From IMG/VR virus record IMGVR_UViG_3300048925_000677, positions 1 through 53,568 of that record: a stretch of 53,568 nucleotides of DNA; one strand, 5' to 3'. The position numbers and the translations under genes are program-made. This document shows positions 7,186-14,360 of this stretch, piece by piece. Source of the DNA: a virus (taxonomy: Duplodnaviria > Heunggongvirae > Uroviricota > Caudoviricetes). The notes beneath the pieces are model-generated. The model did no database searches. It was given only the letters and a program-made list of their open reading frames with translations, and had not been told where the DNA came from. Numbering within the stretch: the stretch's first letter is position 1; each line of letters starts with the position of its first letter.

Positions 7186-7458
7186 ATGAACACGCAGCAG
7201 GACACATACGGGCGGGTCTACCTCGATGGCACCGCCGAGGCCGATGTCGAGGCCATGTCCTTGCCGGTGCGGTGCCGCTTCTGCAACGGCATTTACGACC
7301 TCGGATCGGTGACGGTTACGGGGCGGTACGTCGACTGCTCGGTATGGCAAACGCCGTGCTGCAACCGCACGGCCGACGACCGCGGCGATACGGGATGGAA
7401 GTCATTCGGCGACTACGAACATCTCGGCCGCCGGCGCGGAAGGAGTCCATTCCTGTGA
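7186..7458 (+). CDS. hypothetical Cys-rich protein
   Basis: CRFC...C...CC; probable leaderless start. Confidence 0.7.
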   Translation: MNTQQDTYGRVYLDGTAEADVEAMSLPVRCRFCNGIYDLGSVTVTGRYVDCSVWQTPCCNRTADDRGDTGWKSFGDYEHLGRRRGRSPFL

Positions 7459-7709
7459 GTAGCGGCATCAACATCAATATGTCCGCCAACTCCCCAGCGG
7501 AGATGCGGGAGTTGTTCGAGAAGTGCATGGCCGAAACGGACAAGCTGATCTATGACGGCAAGTTCGTCTACGGGCCCGGCTGTGGGCAGGTGTACGTGTT
7601 CGGCGAGAAGTGCCCGGACTGCAATGGCTTCGGCTGGATCAAAGAACTCAAGAACAAGTGCGCAACCTGCAAGGGGCGCAAGGAGGTTGGACCGGCATGG
7701 GTGATGTGA
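7455..7709 (+). CDS. DnaJ-central-type zinc-finger microprotein
   Basis: CPDCNGFG and CATCKGRK (CxxCxGxG-like) repeats. Confidence 0.7.
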   Translation: MSSGININMSANSPAEMRELFEKCMAETDKLIYDGKFVYGPGCGQVYVFGEKCPDCNGFGWIKELKNKCATCKGRKEVGPAWVM

Positions 7710-7999
7710 TGAGCGCCGACGTCTACAAGGTCGTGGAACTCCTTGGGCACGAGGAGGATTGCTATAGCCTCCGCCCAGAGCATGACTGGATGCACAGCGA
7801 GTGCACGCATGACGACTCCGGCTGCGGCGTCTGGATGACCGCGAGGCTGATCCTCACCTCAGACAACGTGAATAAGTTGCTGGCCGCGGCGTGGGAGCGC
7901 GGATTCCTAGCCTGCCAGATTCGGGTGGGTAATGAGCTGCTCAAGCTGTTACCGAATGGTGTCGACGCCTCAAATCCGTACCGGCCCAAGGTGGATTGA
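7706..7999 (+). CDS. hypothetical protein
   Basis: Coupled ORF with AGGAGG SD. Confidence 0.65.
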   Translation: MMSADVYKVVELLGHEEDCYSLRPEHDWMHSECTHDDSGCGVWMTARLILTSDNVNKLLAAAWERGFLACQIRVGNELLKLLPNGVDASNPYRPKVD

Positions 8000-8036
8000 T
8001 GGGCGTAGCAGCTAGCGGTACTCAACAGGAGTTGAA

Positions 8037-8303
8037 ATGAACCAATTAGAAGCAATGCAAGAGACACTCACCCTGGCTCACCAATACGGTATGTCCGATA
8101 TCGATGGGTTCGCCGATGGCTGCGACTACTGGCACCTGCAGGACATGGTGGAGCGTGCCGCGGCGGCGATGAATATGCCGGGCGCGGAGTTCTCGGCCGC
8201 GAAGCTGGGCCGGTGGTTGGGATGGATGCAGTGCGCTGTCGTCGCGGCCGGAATCGGACTCACGCTCGAAGATATGAAGCAGATCAATCGGCGGCACGCA
8301 TGA
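8037..8303 (+). CDS. hypothetical protein
   Basis: AGGAG SD; AKLGRWLGWMQ motif. Confidence 0.7.
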   Translation: MNQLEAMQETLTLAHQYGMSDIDGFADGCDYWHLQDMVERAAAAMNMPGAEFSAAKLGRWLGWMQCAVVAAGIGLTLEDMKQINRRHA

Positions 8304-8617
8304 CCGACCTGACCGAACGCGCCAAGGCGTCGCTAGAAGGCATCACCGAGGGGCGCTGGCGAGCCGTCAATGTCGGCAATATCCATTGGGGCGTGACCCA
8401 CGGGGAGTATAACTTCCCGACGGTTGTCAAGGCGCAGTGTGGGTACGACGGCTTCGGCAGTGGCAGCTCCCAGGTCAACGCCGAATTCATCGCCGCCGCA
8501 CCGGATCTCGTTCGGGAACTGGTCGCCGAGGTCGAGCGGCTTCGGGCGCGCGAGGAGTCCGTCGCCGAAGCCTCGTATCGGACCGGCATGCTCGACGCGG
8601 AGGGGATCCTCCGGTGA
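8300..8617 (+). CDS. Ead/Ea22-like phage protein
   Basis: TEGRW...NAEFIAAAPDLVRELVAEVERLR pattern. Confidence 0.6.
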   Translation: MTDLTERAKASLEGITEGRWRAVNVGNIHWGVTHGEYNFPTVVKAQCGYDGFGSGSSQVNAEFIAAAPDLVRELVAEVERLRAREESVAEASYRTGMLDAEGILR

Positions 8618-8811
8618 ACTTTGAATACACGGACGCCATTGGCAACGCCCTGTCTATGGATCTCCTGCGCGAGGATGATGGCACGATTTCTGGCGCCTTC
8701 GGGATCATCGACCAGCATGAAGAGTCCGAATTCGTTCGGCTCAATCAGGGCCAGCTCGCGTCCCTGCGGGACGAACTAATCAAGGCAATCGGACCTGGCG
8801 GAAGGACGTAG
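8614..8811 (+). CDS. hypothetical protein
   Basis: GTGA overlap. Confidence 0.6.
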   Translation: MNFEYTDAIGNALSMDLLREDDGTISGAFGIIDQHEESEFVRLNQGQLASLRDELIKAIGPGGRT

Positions 8812-8815
8812 GCGC

Positions 8816-8905
8816 ATGAGGTGCAACTGGTGCCGCGACACCGGCTGGGTGCCTGGTTTGATCCGCCGCCTCAAGCGGTGCCGGCACTGCGGGTACTGGC
8901 GATGA
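8816..8905 (+). CDS. 29-aa CxxC-CxxC micropeptide
   Basis: MRCNWCRDTGWVPGLIRRLKRCRHCGYWR; ATGA overlap with next gene. Confidence 0.55.
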   Translation: MRCNWCRDTGWVPGLIRRLKRCRHCGYWR

Positions 8906-9264
8906 CGCGCGCCGCGGACAACGCGGAAGAAATCATCGAGCGGTGTCTGATCCATTGGTTTCCAGACCTGCCGCCCTCGACAAGGCGAGACGTCTCAGCG
9001 TCGATCCAAGGCAATCTCGCTGCCGCCGGGTGCTCGACCGAACCGGCGAAATCCTGCGAGCAACGTTGCGCGGGTAGCGGATACGCGATGAACGAGTGCT
9101 ACACATGCCCGCGCCCCGCCCGCTGGGAGGTCGGACTATATGACTACCCGGGGTCACGCAGAAGAGCGTGCGCGCATCACGTGCATGGCTTGCTCGATGT
9201 CAAGCTTTCGGGCAAGTGGAATGACTACGTGTGTGAAGTGCGACGGCTGGCAGGCAAATCGTAA
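8902..9264 (+). CDS. hypothetical Cys/His-rich protein
   Basis: ECYTCPRPARW...ACAHH. Confidence 0.6.
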   Translation: MTRAADNAEEIIERCLIHWFPDLPPSTRRDVSASIQGNLAAAGCSTEPAKSCEQRCAGSGYAMNECYTCPRPARWEVGLYDYPGSRRRACAHHVHGLLDVKLSGKWNDYVCEVRRLAGKS

Positions 9265-9290
9265 CGCCCACTTATCGGTGAATCGAGGAG

Positions 9291-9521
9291 ATGCACATGA
9301 TGGATAGATCGACGCATTGCGATAACCGGGATCACGACAAGTGCGACGGCACAGTGACGATCTTCGACCAGGATGGCCCCAGTCGCTACGTGTGCTCGTG
9401 TAGCTGCCACAACGCCGCATTCAACGAGCGCGAATGTACAGCGTGCCGGGGCACTGGGCGCCTACACGACGTGCGCTCATCGGGTCGGCAATCAACGCAG
9501 CCCGGACCCGTTCCAGCTTGA
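9291..9521 (+). CDS. hypothetical zinc-finger microprotein
   Basis: HCD..HDKC, CSCSCH, CTACRGTG. Confidence 0.65.
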   Translation: MHMMDRSTHCDNRDHDKCDGTVTIFDQDGPSRYVCSCSCHNAAFNERECTACRGTGRLHDVRSSGRQSTQPGPVPA

Positions 9522-9587
9522 CATAAGACTGCGTTATCGCACCTGACGTAATAACTAATTATCAGCGAACTTTCACAGGAGTCACAC

Positions 9588-9986
9588 ATGGGAGATCCGG
9601 CGGTAGAGGCGGTAGAACGCGTCGAGGATATCTGCAAGCGCGGCCTGCTCGGCATATACCTCGGGCACAAAGCCCCGATCACGAGTGAACATGCAGCGGC
9701 CAACGAAGCGTTGCGGCCCATCCGCGAGATGGTCCATGATCAGCGACTCTTCGGCAGGGGTCCGCACTCGCAAGAGTGGTGGGACGGCGTGCAGTACATC
9801 CTGGAAGAGCTTGATCCCCTAATCTACGCCAAGGATTGCCCGTGCGAAGGTTTCGGTGGCGCCGGCTGTCCGCAAATGGAGTCAATAGGCGTGACCGCGC
9901 GCCCGTCTTACGCGCCATTCGCGCCGGCAGATCCCAAGACGTGCACATGCGTAGATCCGTTCTCTGACTGTCCCACCCACGGCTGA
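9588..9986 (+). CDS. hypothetical protein with C-terminal CTC..CPxH module
   Basis: AGGAG SD; C-terminal 29 aa shared with 10856-11047. Confidence 0.7.
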   Translation: MGDPAVEAVERVEDICKRGLLGIYLGHKAPITSEHAAANEALRPIREMVHDQRLFGRGPHSQEWWDGVQYILEELDPLIYAKDCPCEGFGGAGCPQMESIGVTARPSYAPFAPADPKTCTCVDPFSDCPTHG

Positions 9987-10375
9987 TGAAACGGTCGGCC
10001 CCGATTGATGTGACGATCCTGCCCTTGAGGGACCTATACGCAACCTACAGTGGACACTCACGCTTGGGCGTCTTCGTGAAGCTGGGCCGGAAATGCGCGA
10101 CCTGCCCCCGCGAAGGCAACGTCTTGCTGGTCTCGCGAGATAGGGGCGGCGGCGTCCACATTGACCTCTATGCAGATCATGTTCTCATGACCGTAGATCA
10201 CATAATTCCTCGGTCAGTAGCCAAGCGGTGGAACTGGCCGACCGCCAGCATCGAATCAATCCGCAACAAACAGCCAATGTGCCAGCCGTGCAACGGCAAA
10301 AAGGGGAACAAGCTCCCCTGTTCTACTTCTCAATCCTCGCCGCGGAGCCGGCCCAATCGACAGGAGTACCCATGA
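9986..10375 (+). CDS. HNH endonuclease
   Basis: CATC...TVDHIIPRS...NKQPMCQPCNGKKG. Confidence 0.85.
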   Translation: MKRSAPIDVTILPLRDLYATYSGHSRLGVFVKLGRKCATCPREGNVLLVSRDRGGGVHIDLYADHVLMTVDHIIPRSVAKRWNWPTASIESIRNKQPMCQPCNGKKGNKLPCSTSQSSPRSRPNRQEYP

Positions 10376-10635
10376 CCGAAAATCCCGGCAGCTACATCGA
10401 CGTCCGGTTCCACTTCAACAAGATCGAAGAAGAGCCACTGGGCGACGGCGACAGCTACGACTACTACGACCTGAAGTCCGTCGAGCGGATCGGGTCGAAC
10501 ATCCCCCAGCACGAGTTCCTTGGCATCGGCGAGACTCTTGGCCAGTCCGACCGCTGGCACATCAGCGGAGTCAACGCCACTCTCGACGCCATGGTGGGTT
10601 CCAAGGGGTCGCACGAGGTCGGGAGTCCCTGGTGA
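10372..10635 (+). CDS. hypothetical protein
   Basis: AGGAG SD, ATGA overlap. Confidence 0.65.
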   Translation: MTENPGSYIDVRFHFNKIEEEPLGDGDSYDYYDLKSVERIGSNIPQHEFLGIGETLGQSDRWHISGVNATLDAMVGSKGSHEVGSPW

Positions 10636-10856
10636 GCACCCAGACACTCGACCGGCCGGACACTGACGAACGCACCGGCGACGACACCCCCAAGGTCTTC
10701 CACTACGTCAAGAAGGAGAAGATCACCGAAAGCGCCGTTATGGGTACGCATGTCATGGCTCTGTGCGGCGAGATCTTCCCGGTGACCAAGTCGGCCAAGC
10801 CCGGGTCTCCGGTCTGTCCGACGTGCGCAGAGGTCTACAAAAGGATCAAACCGTAA
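10632..10856 (+). CDS. DUF3039 family protein (host-like)
   Basis: FHYVKKEKITESAVMG..V.ALCGE.FPVT....PGSPVCP.C. Confidence 0.9.
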   Translation: MSTQTLDRPDTDERTGDDTPKVFHYVKKEKITESAVMGTHVMALCGEIFPVTKSAKPGSPVCPTCAEVYKRIKP

Positions 10857-11047
10857 TGCCGCGGCCTAGCCAGTGTGGCGTCTGCGGGATGTTCGAGTTG
10901 TGCTTTGAGCCCGATCACCTACAGTGCGCCGAGAGGGTGGATTCCCCCGCGCCCAAGGCGCGCCCCTACTACGCGCCGTTCGCGCCGGCGGACCCGAAGT
11001 CGTGCACGTGCGTAGATCCCTTCTCCTGCTGCCCTATTCATGGCTGA
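10856..11047 (+). CDS. Cys-rich microprotein with duplicated C-terminal module
   Basis: MPRPSQCGVC...APFAPADPKSCTCVDPFSCCPIHG. Confidence 0.65.
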   Translation: MPRPSQCGVCGMFELCFEPDHLQCAERVDSPAPKARPYYAPFAPADPKSCTCVDPFSCCPIHG

Positions 11048-11165
11048 CTACATCCTCGCTTGGTGCGGGAAGTGTCAAGCGACAACCTGGCAGACGCGCA
11101 CCGACTACGAAGGCGCCACATGCTCTGGGGGCCACCTGATTTCAGAACTGGAGGCGTCACGATGA
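11040..11165 (+). CDS. 41-aa zinc-finger-like micropeptide
   Basis: MADYILAWCGKCQATTWQ...CSGGH; ATGA overlap downstream. Confidence 0.5.
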   Translation: MADYILAWCGKCQATTWQTRTDYEGATCSGGHLISELEASR

Positions 11166-11302
11166 TCAGCCAAGAGGTAGCCGAACGCCTAGAGGCGTAC
11201 AACAAAGCCCGAAGCCAAATGTACGGCGACCTCGCCCATACCGTGAGTGACGTCATCGCGGCGGCTGACAGATTGGCTGACGCAGTGGAGGACGACGAAT
11301 GA
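11162..11302 (+). CDS. hypothetical protein
   Basis: GGAGG SD; MISQEVAERLEAY... Confidence 0.6.
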   Translation: MISQEVAERLEAYNKARSQMYGDLAHTVSDVIAAADRLADAVEDDE

Positions 11303-11583
11303 CCGGATGGGCAGATCAACCCGGTGGGACACTCCTAGGAAAGCTGATCGTGGACGCGTTCGGTCGAGCTGCAGACGCTGACAAGACTCGCAACGAGTGC
11401 ACACTCTGCAATGGCGACGGCGGGCAATACTTCAACCCCGACTGGCCAATGGGCGATTGCGGCGACCGGGAATGGGAGGACTGCGCCTGCGGTATCCAAG
11501 TCACCCCGGCTCGCAAGCAGGAGTTATGGACCGCGACAAACAGGGCCTACAGCATCGCTCGGTACGGAACTCCGACAGGTTGA
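11299..11583 (+). CDS. hypothetical zinc-finger protein
   Basis: CTLCNGDGG...CACG. Confidence 0.65.
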   Translation: MTGWADQPGGTLLGKLIVDAFGRAADADKTRNECTLCNGDGGQYFNPDWPMGDCGDREWEDCACGIQVTPARKQELWTATNRAYSIARYGTPTG

Positions 11584-11587
11584 GAAC

Positions 11588-11896
11588 GTGATCTTCGAAG
11601 AATCCAAGTATCTCGAATCAGTCATTCGATACCACAGCCAAACCAGCGCGCGCGGCAACTGCATGTGGTGTGGCACCCCTCCCCCATGCGCAATTCTCAC
11701 TGAGGCGAAGGAGTCTCTTATGAATTACACCGAACACATCCGCGAACTGATGTCATCAGGAAAGAAGATTATCGTGGTGTCTGACAAGGAGTTTCATCGA
11801 CTCCCCAATGAGGTCGCGGCCAGCGCCGACGTGGTGATCTGTGCCGGCAAGATCGCCAAGGACCGTCAGGGCAATCACGTGCTGGTGACGATCTAA
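11588..11896 (+). CDS. hypothetical protein
   Basis: H...CMWCG..PPC motif; start uncertain. Confidence 0.55.
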   Translation: MIFEESKYLESVIRYHSQTSARGNCMWCGTPPPCAILTEAKESLMNYTEHIRELMSSGKKIIVVSDKEFHRLPNEVAASADVVICAGKIAKDRQGNHVLVTI

Positions 11897-12081
11897 TGCA
11901 CTGGGCGGCGGTCACCAAGGTAGCGGAGGCGTATTACCACGCCTATGAGTGGTCGGGTTGCGAGGGCTCGCGCTGGGAGCGCTTACCCGAGGAGGCTCAA
12001 CTCATATGGATTCGCCAAGCGGATCGATGGGTAGATGTGTTGCGCATCATGGGCTATGAATTGAATAGGAGCGCAGTGTGA
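11896..12081 (+). CDS. hypothetical protein
   Basis: TAATG overlap. Confidence 0.6.
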   Translation: MHWAAVTKVAEAYYHAYEWSGCEGSRWERLPEEAQLIWIRQADRWVDVLRIMGYELNRSAV

Positions 12082-12356
12082 CCAAGCTCGTTTCACCCGC
12101 GCACATCGAGCAGATCGTCGGAGTCGCAAGGGATCAACGCCTTCATATCGGCCGGCTGATCACCGCGGAGCCCGCCGCGTACATCCTCCACTCCCAAGAA
12201 TGCGTCGAAAGCGGGATCGACCTTCGGGATTGCGAGTACTCGCTAGCTCTCGACCGAGGCATTGGCGATTTTCTCTGGGATGGATTCGCTGATGTTCCAG
12301 TGGAACTCGCCATACTCAGCAGCGGAGACCTGGCCCCGCTGTGTGTCCTGCGATGA
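12078..12356 (+). CDS. hypothetical protein
   Basis: GTGA overlap, AGGAG SD. Confidence 0.65.
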   Translation: MTKLVSPAHIEQIVGVARDQRLHIGRLITAEPAAYILHSQECVESGIDLRDCEYSLALDRGIGDFLWDGFADVPVELAILSSGDLAPLCVLR

Positions 12357-12465
12357 CTACTCCCCCGACTCAGTCACTCGCCGAGCGCGCCCAGGCTGCC
12401 CTGGATGGCGCCAGCCCAGAGGGCATGTACGACGACTAGCCGAACTTGCATGAGCATCTCGACAA

Positions 12466-13293
12466 CTAGCCCAGCCAGCACTTCCGGGTCAGGTCGTGGA
12501 TAGCGTCGTTGGAGGTACCCTTGCCGTCCCATAGACCGGTTCTGGATGCCATTGGCATCTCCCACCACAAGGCCGCTTCTTCGCGCACCTGGCGGGTCTT
12601 GAGTCCCGTGGCAACTCCGGCGTAGTGCAGCCAAAAATCATCCGCGCGAGGGCATATACCCATGAAGGCGTCACCCTTTTCTCGCAGCGCGTGTTGGATG
12701 ACCGGTGGATAGGCAACCCCAGACACGCCCGTGGCGAGATGCAACTCCGACGGTTCCATGGTGGCGCAGATGGGCCACGACGCATACGGACCCTCTGAGC
12801 GCACCCTGGCGCGGTAAGCCGTGATTTGATCATCCCGATGTGCCGATAGAAGCTCTTCTAGCCATGTGGGTGGGTAGTAGGTGTCGTCATCGGCCGTCAC
12901 AAGGGTAGCGGGAGCGCAGTTTTGGACATAGGGAAAGTACTTCTTGTGTGGCCCATAGTCTTTACACAGGACCACTTCCAAGCCGCGCTTGCGCAATCTG
13001 TACAACTGGGGGCTGTCGAAAATCTCATCCACCCACAAGATCATCCGGTTGGGTCGCACCGTCCCGTTGGCGATGGTCTCAACAGCTTTCCATGCCGTGT
13101 TGAGGCGTTTGCCGTAACTCGTCATGGACACGACGGCGGGAGCATCACCCGTAACCGGTTCGTACGATGTGAGATTTTGACGCCACAGCCTTGGCCCGAG
13201 GGCGATGTACTCGGCGAGCGCTGCCGCCTTCCCTGATACTGAGGCGGGGAAGGCGCCGTCGTTGCGACTGTCGATCACGGCAACAATATACAC
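12466..13293 (-). CDS. GT-A fold glycosyltransferase (moron-like, reverse orientation)
   Basis: VVSMTSYGKRL, DYGPHKK, VTADDD (DxD), TGVSGVAYPP, ADDFWL. Confidence 0.85.
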   Translation of the reverse strand: MYIVAVIDSRNDGAFPASVSGKAAALAEYIALGPRLWRQNLTSYEPVTGDAPAVVSMTSYGKRLNTAWKAVETIANGTVRPNRMILWVDEIFDSPQLYRLRKRGLEVVLCKDYGPHKKYFPYVQNCAPATLVTADDDTYYPPTWLEELLSAHRDDQITAYRARVRSEGPYASWPICATMEPSELHLATGVSGVAYPPVIQHALREKGDAFMGICPRADDFWLHYAGVATGLKTRQVREEAALWWEMPMASRTGLWDGKGTSNDAIHDLTRKCWLG

Positions 13294-13349
13294 ATACTGT
13301 TCAGCAAAATCTCAGAAACATGCTAGTGCCGGGCCCGCCAGGGTATATC

Positions 13350-13389
13350 CATGTCAAAAGCGTACTGTTTTCGGTACGCTTTTGACATG
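13350..13389. repeat. 16-bp perfect inverted repeat between divergent genes
   Basis: CATGTCAAAAGCGTAC-tgttttcg-GTACGCTTTTGACATG. Confidence 0.85.
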
Positions 13390-13623
13390 ACGACCCAGCC
13401 TGAGCTAAACGGAGCCCGGTGGTTCGTAGTCGCGGTCGGCGCCGCCATGACCCTCGCCTCGGCCGGCTTCAGTATCTGGTCGACCTACATCATGGTCACC
13501 CGGGGCGACCCTGGAATATGGGCGATCATCTGGGTGCTGTGGTGCGTCTTCTGGACATTCAAATGGGCCAGCATCCCGCTAAAAGTCCTTGCCGACACAC
13601 GAAAAAACGCCCCCACCGAGTAA
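13387..13623 (+). CDS. small two-TM membrane protein
   Basis: MTTQPELNGARWFVVAVG...GIWAIIWVLWCVFW. Confidence 0.7.
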   Translation: MTTQPELNGARWFVVAVGAAMTLASAGFSIWSTYIMVTRGDPGIWAIIWVLWCVFWTFKWASIPLKVLADTRKNAPTE

Positions 13624-13633
13624 GGGTGGGGGC
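13602..13633 (-). terminator. intrinsic terminator (convergence point)
   Basis: GCCCCCACC/GGTGGGGGC stem with A6 run on + side (U-tract on -). Confidence 0.65.
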
Positions 13634-13643
13634 TTAGACGACG

Positions 13644-13707
13644 AAAAACGCCCCAGCGCTTCAACTCAACCGGGGGGAACGGCCGGAAGAGGAGCGCTGG
13701 GGCGTTT
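13644..13707 (-). terminator. intrinsic terminator ending the late operon
   Basis: 15-bp IR AAACGCCCCAGCGCT/AGCGCTGGGGCGTTT. Confidence 0.7.
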
Positions 13708-13725
13708 AGTCTTTGGGGTAGCTGA

Positions 13726-13959
13726 TTAGGCGCTCAGCGTGGCGAGTTTCTCGATCTGTGTCATGTTCAGTCCAGACCAGTGCCACGTGTCGCTGACGAC
13801 GACGACGGGCATCTGGTTGTACCCGAGGGCTTCCACTGCGGCGCGGGCCTCGGGATCTTCGGTGACGTCGAACTGTTCGTAAATGATGCCCTTATTGTCG
13901 AGGGCTCGCTTAGTCCCCTTGCAGGGCTGGCAGTCCGGTTTGGTGTAGAGGGTGGTCAG
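13726..13959 (-). CDS. nrdH: NrdH-like glutaredoxin with apparent CTG start (absent from ORF track)
   Basis: Manual translation LTTLYTKPDCQPCKGTKRALDNKGIIYEQFDV..ALGYNQMPVVVVSDTWHWSGLN; CxxC and WSG motifs. Confidence 0.88.
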   Translation of the reverse strand: MTTLYTKPDCQPCKGTKRALDNKGIIYEQFDVTEDPEARAAVEALGYNQMPVVVVSDTWHWSGLNMTQIEKLATLSA

Positions 13960-13962
13960 CTC

Positions 13963-14325
13963 TTAGTCCTTCTTGTCGCCGTCGATGCGCTCCTGGCGCT
14001 CGATACTGAGATCACGTTGGACGATGCGCAGTCGCTCGTCGACGCCGTCAAGGCGCTCGTCGACCCTGCCGAATCCGTCCTTGACGAGGTCCCGGATCTG
14101 ATCCATGTCTTCGCGCAGGTTCGTCTTGTGTGAGTTAACGGTCTGTTCATGGATCGCGTCGGTCTTCGCCTCTTGGGCGGCTCGGAACTCCTGGGACTCC
14201 TTGCGACCCTTGCGCTGCTGCAAGTAGAGCAACCCCGCCGGCAAGCCGTAGACGAGTAGCCATGGGATGAGCGTCCAGATGTTGGTGGGCTCGAAGCCCG
14301 GCATCTCCACGGTGGGGGTGCTCAC
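13963..14325 (-). CDS. DUF2746-like membrane/coiled-coil lysis-cassette protein
   Basis: One TM then NSH..TNLREDMD and coiled coil; position after LysB; start uncertain (14325 or 14304). Confidence 0.75.
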   Translation of the reverse strand: MSTPTVEMPGFEPTNIWTLIPWLLVYGLPAGLLYLQQRKGRKESQEFRAAQEAKTDAIHEQTVNSHKTNLREDMDQIRDLVKDGFGRVDERLDGVDERLRIVQRDLSIERQERIDGDKKD

Positions 14326-14360
14326 CGGGACCGACAATTCAGTTGTGTCATCGGATGTCC

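Noticed and set aside
9518-9565. TTGACA and AT-rich patch upstream of 9588 as a promoter
   Set aside because: No TANNNT hexamer at 16-18 bp spacing; left uncalled
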